A DNA stretch of 64,000 nucleotides, taken from the NCBI GenBank assembly GCA_963782585.1, contig CAWAKL010000005.1, forward strand, positions 26,614 through 90,613. Reading direction: 5' to 3'. This document shows positions 60,371-64,000 of the stretch, in pieces; the first letter of the stretch is position 1; every line of letters starts with the position of its first letter. The position numbers were made by a program, and so were the translations under genes. This stretch comes from an uncultured Acidobacteriota bacterium (GTDB lineage: Bacteria > Acidobacteriota > Thermoanaerobaculia > UBA5066 > Gp7-AA6). A model generated the notes under the pieces. That model did not search any database and was not told the origin of the DNA. It was given only the letters and a program-made list of their open reading frames with translations.

Positions 60371-61423
60371 TCAGTCGAAGCGCAGTCGCTGGCAGACGGC
60401 GTCGCCGGCCTGGGAGGTGGACAGCGAGCCGCCGACGTCGGCCGTGGCCGCCCCTTCGCGCACGCACGCCGCGACGGCGGCCTCGACGGCGGCGGCCTCG
60501 GCGCGGCGCCCGAGATGGTCGAGCAGCAGGGCGGCCGTCAGGATGGCCCCGAAAGGATTCGCGCGGCCCGTGCCGGCGTATTTCGGCGCCGAGCCGTGGA
60601 CAGGCTCGAACATCGAGACGCGGCCCGGGTGGATGTTGCCCGACGCGGCCATCCCCAGTCCCCCCTGGAGCGCCGCGCCCAGATCCGTCGCGATGTCGCC
60701 GAACATGTTGTTGGTGACGATCACGTCGAACTGTCGCGGATCCTTGACCATCTGCATGCAGAGGGCGTCGATGTAGAGGTGGGAGGACTCGATGTCGGGG
60801 TACTCCCGCGCGACTTCGGCGAAGGCACGCTGCCAGAGGTCCCCGACGAAGCGCATCGCGTTCGACTTGTCGGACATCACCACGCGGCGGCGGCCGCGGG
60901 ACCGCGCGTACTCGAAGGCATAGCGGAGGATGCGCTCGGTGCCCTTGCGGGTCGAGACGTCCTCCTGGACCGCGACTTCGTCGGCGGTGCCCTTCTTGAA
61001 ATGCCCTCCGCTTCCGACGTAGGAGCCCTCGGTGTTCTCGCGGAAGACGACGAAGTCGATGTCGCCCGCCGAGAAGCCCTTCAGCGGGCAGAGCCGGTCG
61101 TCGAGGCAGCGCACCGGGCGGTAGTTGACGTAGAGGTCGAGCTGGAACCGGGCCCCGAGCAGGATGTCCGCGGCGTGCTTCATGTCCGGCACGCGGGGGT
61201 CGCCGAAGGCGCCCATGAAGATGGCGTCGTAGTTCGACGCGAGGTCGGCAAAACCGCCTTCCGGGACCGTCACGCCGGTCTTCAGGTAGTGGTCGGCGCT
61301 CCAGGGAAAGAAGACCGGCTGAAACTCAAACCCCCGGGCCCCGGCCACGCGCTCGAGGACCTTGACGGCTTCCGACGTGACGTCGACCCCGATTCCGTCG
61401 CCCGGGATGATGGCGATTTTCAT
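60371..61423 (-). CDS. Beta-decarboxylating dehydrogenase (3-isopropylmalate/tartrate dehydrogenase family)
   Basis: IAIIPGDGIGVDV, FRENTEG, DKSNAM, NMFGDIATDLGA, EPVHGSAP. Confidence 0.9.
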   Translation of the reverse strand: MKIAIIPGDGIGVDVTSEAVKVLERVAGARGFEFQPVFFPWSADHYLKTGVTVPEGGFADLASNYDAIFMGAFGDPRVPDMKHAADILLGARFQLDLYVNYRPVRCLDDRLCPLKGFSAGDIDFVVFRENTEGSYVGSGGHFKKGTADEVAVQEDVSTRKGTERILRYAFEYARSRGRRRVVMSDKSNAMRFVGDLWQRAFAEVAREYPDIESSHLYIDALCMQMVKDPRQFDVIVTNNMFGDIATDLGAALQGGLGMAASGNIHPGRVSMFEPVHGSAPKYAGTGRANPFGAILTAALLLDHLGRRAEAAAVEAAVAACVREGAATADVGGSLSTSQAGDAVCQRLRFD

Positions 61424-61461
61424 GCGACCGCGCACCATAACATGGCCATAGAATTCGACGC

Positions 61462-62010
61462 GTGACCTTCGCGGACGCCGTCAGGGAGGTCGTGCTCGAG
61501 GCCGCCTCGAACCCGGAGCGGCCCACGCCGGGCGGACTGTGCGAGCGCCTCGCCCGCGAAACCGAGCGCTATATCGATCGCGTGCAGTTCTCGCGAGACC
61601 GCTACCTGCGCCACCCGATCCTTCTGTGGGAAGACTGGGAAGTCATGCTGATCGCGTGGGAGAGCGGCCACGTGACGCCCATCCACGATCACCGCGGCGT
61701 CATGGGCGGCATGGCCGTGCTCTCCGGCACGCTGGTGGAGGAGCGCTTCGGGACTCCGCACGAGCAGCCCGAGCTCTTCGACAACCGCCCGCGCCCGGAG
61801 GGGGACCTCTCGGACATCGGACCGACGGTCCTCCATCGGCTGGCGCCGACGAGCGCCCGGGCGATCTCGCTGCACGTCTACCGCCCGCCGCTCCGCTCGA
61901 TGGGCATCTGGGACGAGACCGGTCTCATCTCGATCATGCCCTCGGCCTTCGACGTCGGAGAAGAAGTGCTCGCGCGCGCGGTGCGCGTGCCGGCCGAGAC
62001 GACGCGCTAG
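61462..62010 (+). CDS. Cysteine dioxygenase type I family protein
   Basis: YLRHPI (Arg-type), W..GH.TPIHDH, SLHVY.PP. Gly sits at the eukaryotic Cys93 position. Confidence 0.85.
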   Translation: MTFADAVREVVLEAASNPERPTPGGLCERLARETERYIDRVQFSRDRYLRHPILLWEDWEVMLIAWESGHVTPIHDHRGVMGGMAVLSGTLVEERFGTPHEQPELFDNRPRPEGDLSDIGPTVLHRLAPTSARAISLHVYRPPLRSMGIWDETGLISIMPSAFDVGEEVLARAVRVPAETTR

Positions 62011-63782
62011 CCGCCGCGCTCCCGGCGCGCGTAGACGACGGCCCAGCACCGTCCCCAGGGATCCACGATCCGCTCGACGAGCCGCTCGCGCGGCTCGCGC
62101 GCAGCCGGCTCCGGGACGATGCGAGCCCGAATCCGACCGTCGGATCCGGTCCGGGCCAGGGGAGGCGGATCCGGATCCAGACGGTACCGACGCACCGGGT
62201 CGACCGCGAGTCTCGAATGGCCGAGGCCGGGGGCGATCTCGACGCTCCCGTAGCTCTCCCATCGAGCCGCCGCGCGGCCGAGGAGCGTGTCCTGTCCGTG
62301 GAACCCGCGAAACGTCTCGCGGTGCGAAGGCCAGAGAACCAGGGCGTCGCGCGCCGAGAGCGCGCCGTGAACGGCCAGCGCGCCGACGGCGGCGATGCTC
62401 GCGGCGCGACGCGCCGGCAGCCGCACCCGACCCAGGATCCAGAGGACACCCGCGGCCGCCGCGACGGCGGAAAGCGTCGAGAGGTAGGCGAAGCGCGAGC
62501 CGTTGGGATTGTCGGCCTGGCCGCCGGCGGCGACGGCCAGGAGAAACGCCGCGGCGTGCGCGAGCAGGAGTCCCGACACGGCGTCGCGGGGCCGCACGAG
62601 CGCCCGCACGAGGGTGATCGCCACCGGAATCCCGAGGAGCCAGCCGAGGCGCAGGCGTCCCGGAAGGTCGTGCCGCGGCGTGGGATCCGCGAGCAGCCAC
62701 GGCGAGACGAGCGCGTCGGCGACCGCCTCGACGGGCGGCCGCAGCGAGCGGGTGCGCTGGATCTCGAGCATGACGTTGTGGTCCGCCGTCCGAGCGAAGT
62801 ACGAGGCGGTGCGGCCCTCGCGAAAGAGAAAGAGCGGAGCGGCGCAGAGAGCGAACCCCGCGGCGAAGGCGGCCGAGCGAAGCAGCCGGGCGGCGGTCCG
62901 TTCCCCGTCCCCGGCGGGCCAGAGCGCGAAGAGCGCGAGGGCCGCTCCCACCGGCCACGCCGAAAGGTAGACGTGCGCGCCGACTCCTCCGACGATCCCG
63001 GCGGCCAGGGCGAGCGGCAGGCTGCGTCGCCTACGCGCTCCGAGCAGGGCGAGCGTCGCGAGATCCACGATCGGGGCGAGCAGGATCATGACGAACGCCC
63101 AGCGGCCGAGGATGAGGTGCCAGCGCAACCCGGCGAGCACGAGCGCCGTGAGCATTCCCCCGCCCGCCGGCAGGAGGGCCCGGCCGAGAAGCGCCGCAGT
63201 CACAAGCGACGCGGCGCCGGCGATCGCCGACGGCAGGCGCACACCGAGCACCGTCGTGCCGCCGAGCTCGAGGGCGGCGCGGAAGCCCTCGAGGTAGAGG
63301 ACGCCGATGCTGCCGTACGGCTTCGAGGCGCCGTACGGGATCGGGCGGATCGAGTCCGCGAAGTCGGCCGGCGATCCCTGGAGCGCGAGCGCCGGCTCGA
63401 GCAGCGACAGGTCGTCGACCCAGAGCCATTCCGGAACGCGGGCGAGCGCCGCGAAGCGGAGCGCCGTGCCCGCGAGGATCGCGAGGAGCGTCAGCCCGAC
63501 GAGCGTCGAGCGGCGGAAGGGAAGGCCGGCGAGATCCTCGGCGGCGCCGGAGGAACGCGCCCAGGCGAGAAACACGGCAGCCGCGGCGACGGCCGCCGCG
63601 GCCGCTCCGGCGGCGACCGCGACGCCGAGGAGCAGGCGGGGCGGCGCCCAGGAGGGCTCCGGGTCCGCGAGAAGCGCCGGTCCGATCCGCCGCGCCAGCG
63701 CGACCGCCGCCACGAAAGCGGCCGCAGCTCCCACGAAGAGGGCCTGGCGGGCTCCCGTGCCCCCCGAGGCCGCCGACGTCAC
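62007..63782 (-). CDS. GT-C fold glycosyltransferase (ArnT/PMT, GT39/83-like)
   Basis: WLWVDD acidic motif in the first loop, GVRLPSAIAGAASL, about 12 TMs, periplasmic tail. Confidence 0.75.
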   Translation of the reverse strand: MTSAASGGTGARQALFVGAAAAFVAAVALARRIGPALLADPEPSWAPPRLLLGVAVAAGAAAAAVAAAAVFLAWARSSGAAEDLAGLPFRRSTLVGLTLLAILAGTALRFAALARVPEWLWVDDLSLLEPALALQGSPADFADSIRPIPYGASKPYGSIGVLYLEGFRAALELGGTTVLGVRLPSAIAGAASLVTAALLGRALLPAGGGMLTALVLAGLRWHLILGRWAFVMILLAPIVDLATLALLGARRRRSLPLALAAGIVGGVGAHVYLSAWPVGAALALFALWPAGDGERTAARLLRSAAFAAGFALCAAPLFLFREGRTASYFARTADHNVMLEIQRTRSLRPPVEAVADALVSPWLLADPTPRHDLPGRLRLGWLLGIPVAITLVRALVRPRDAVSGLLLAHAAAFLLAVAAGGQADNPNGSRFAYLSTLSAVAAAAGVLWILGRVRLPARRAASIAAVGALAVHGALSARDALVLWPSHRETFRGFHGQDTLLGRAAARWESYGSVEIAPGLGHSRLAVDPVRRYRLDPDPPPLARTGSDGRIRARIVPEPAAREPRERLVERIVDPWGRCWAVVYARRERGG

Positions 63783-64000
63783 TTCTGGAAGAAGAGGAAG
63801 AGGTTGACCGAGGAGGGGCCGAGCGAGAAGAAGTCGCCGGAACGCAGGGGCCGCGCGCAGTCTTCTTCGGAGATCCCGCCCAGGTCGTCGGGCGCCGGAA
63901 TCGGGTCGCCGTTCAGGTAGGTGCCGCAGGTGGAGCGCATGTCGACCAGGCGATAGAGCGTCCCGCCGGTGTCGAGGCGGCGCACGACCTTGGCGTGCAG
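63779..64000 (-). CDS. FHA-domain protein, C-terminal part (runs off the window end)
   Basis: LHAKVVRR...LVDMRSTCGTYLNG...GDFFSLG. Confidence 0.75.
   Translation of the reverse strand: MHAKVVRRLDTGGTLYRLVDMRSTCGTYLNGDPIPAPDDLGGISEEDCARPLRSGDFFSLGPSSVNLFLFFQK

Overview
The window is a mosaic of at least four unrelated GC-rich bacterial DNA fragments, not one locus, and looks like concatenated Oxford Nanopore sequence. (A) 1-~6366 is actinobacterial (Acidimicrobiia-like): DtxR regulator, type II NADH dehydrogenase, ABC-F, FMN reductase, alpha-hydroxy-acid oxidase and a truncated OatA-type SGNH domain. (B) ~6367-10576 carries a truncated membrane sensor, a ThDP enzyme, REP-like palindromes and a truncated SPFH gene. 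(C) 10577-~12941 carries a truncated glutamate-cysteine ligase, tRNA-Cys and a large helical/TPR-like gene. A Nanopore adapter remnant follows (AGCAAT...GTTACGTATTGCT, 12942-13007). (D) 13008-64000 is a fairly accurate 51 kb chromosomal segment, inferred to be Acidobacteriota (Thermoanaerobaculia-like). It holds ppk2, CIRCE-controlled groESL, an amino-sugar/polyprenyl-phosphate glycosylation cluster, an SLH protein, ftsK-fmt-rsmB, an ArsC fusion with a PA0069 radical SAM gene, rsmA-rnj-uppP, a diguanylate cyclase, lat, mtgA, MEMO, glycosylasparaginase, a Rieske oxygenase, pyrRBC, an MglA-like GTPase fusion, phoH-pgpH-ybeY-corC-era, a leuB-like gene, a CDO and a GT-C gene. No CRISPR array, prophage, integrase or transposase was seen. 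The best novelty candidates are all in segment D: an MglA-type GTPase fused to an acidic linker and long coiled coil; a dispersed Arn-like glycosylation pathway with an SDR lacking the catalytic Lys; a GH113-like protein lacking both catalytic glutamates inside the pyr operon; an ArsC fused to an unknown domain; and two micro-insertions that duplicate gene termini. Taxonomic calls are inferences from gene content. No database search was run.
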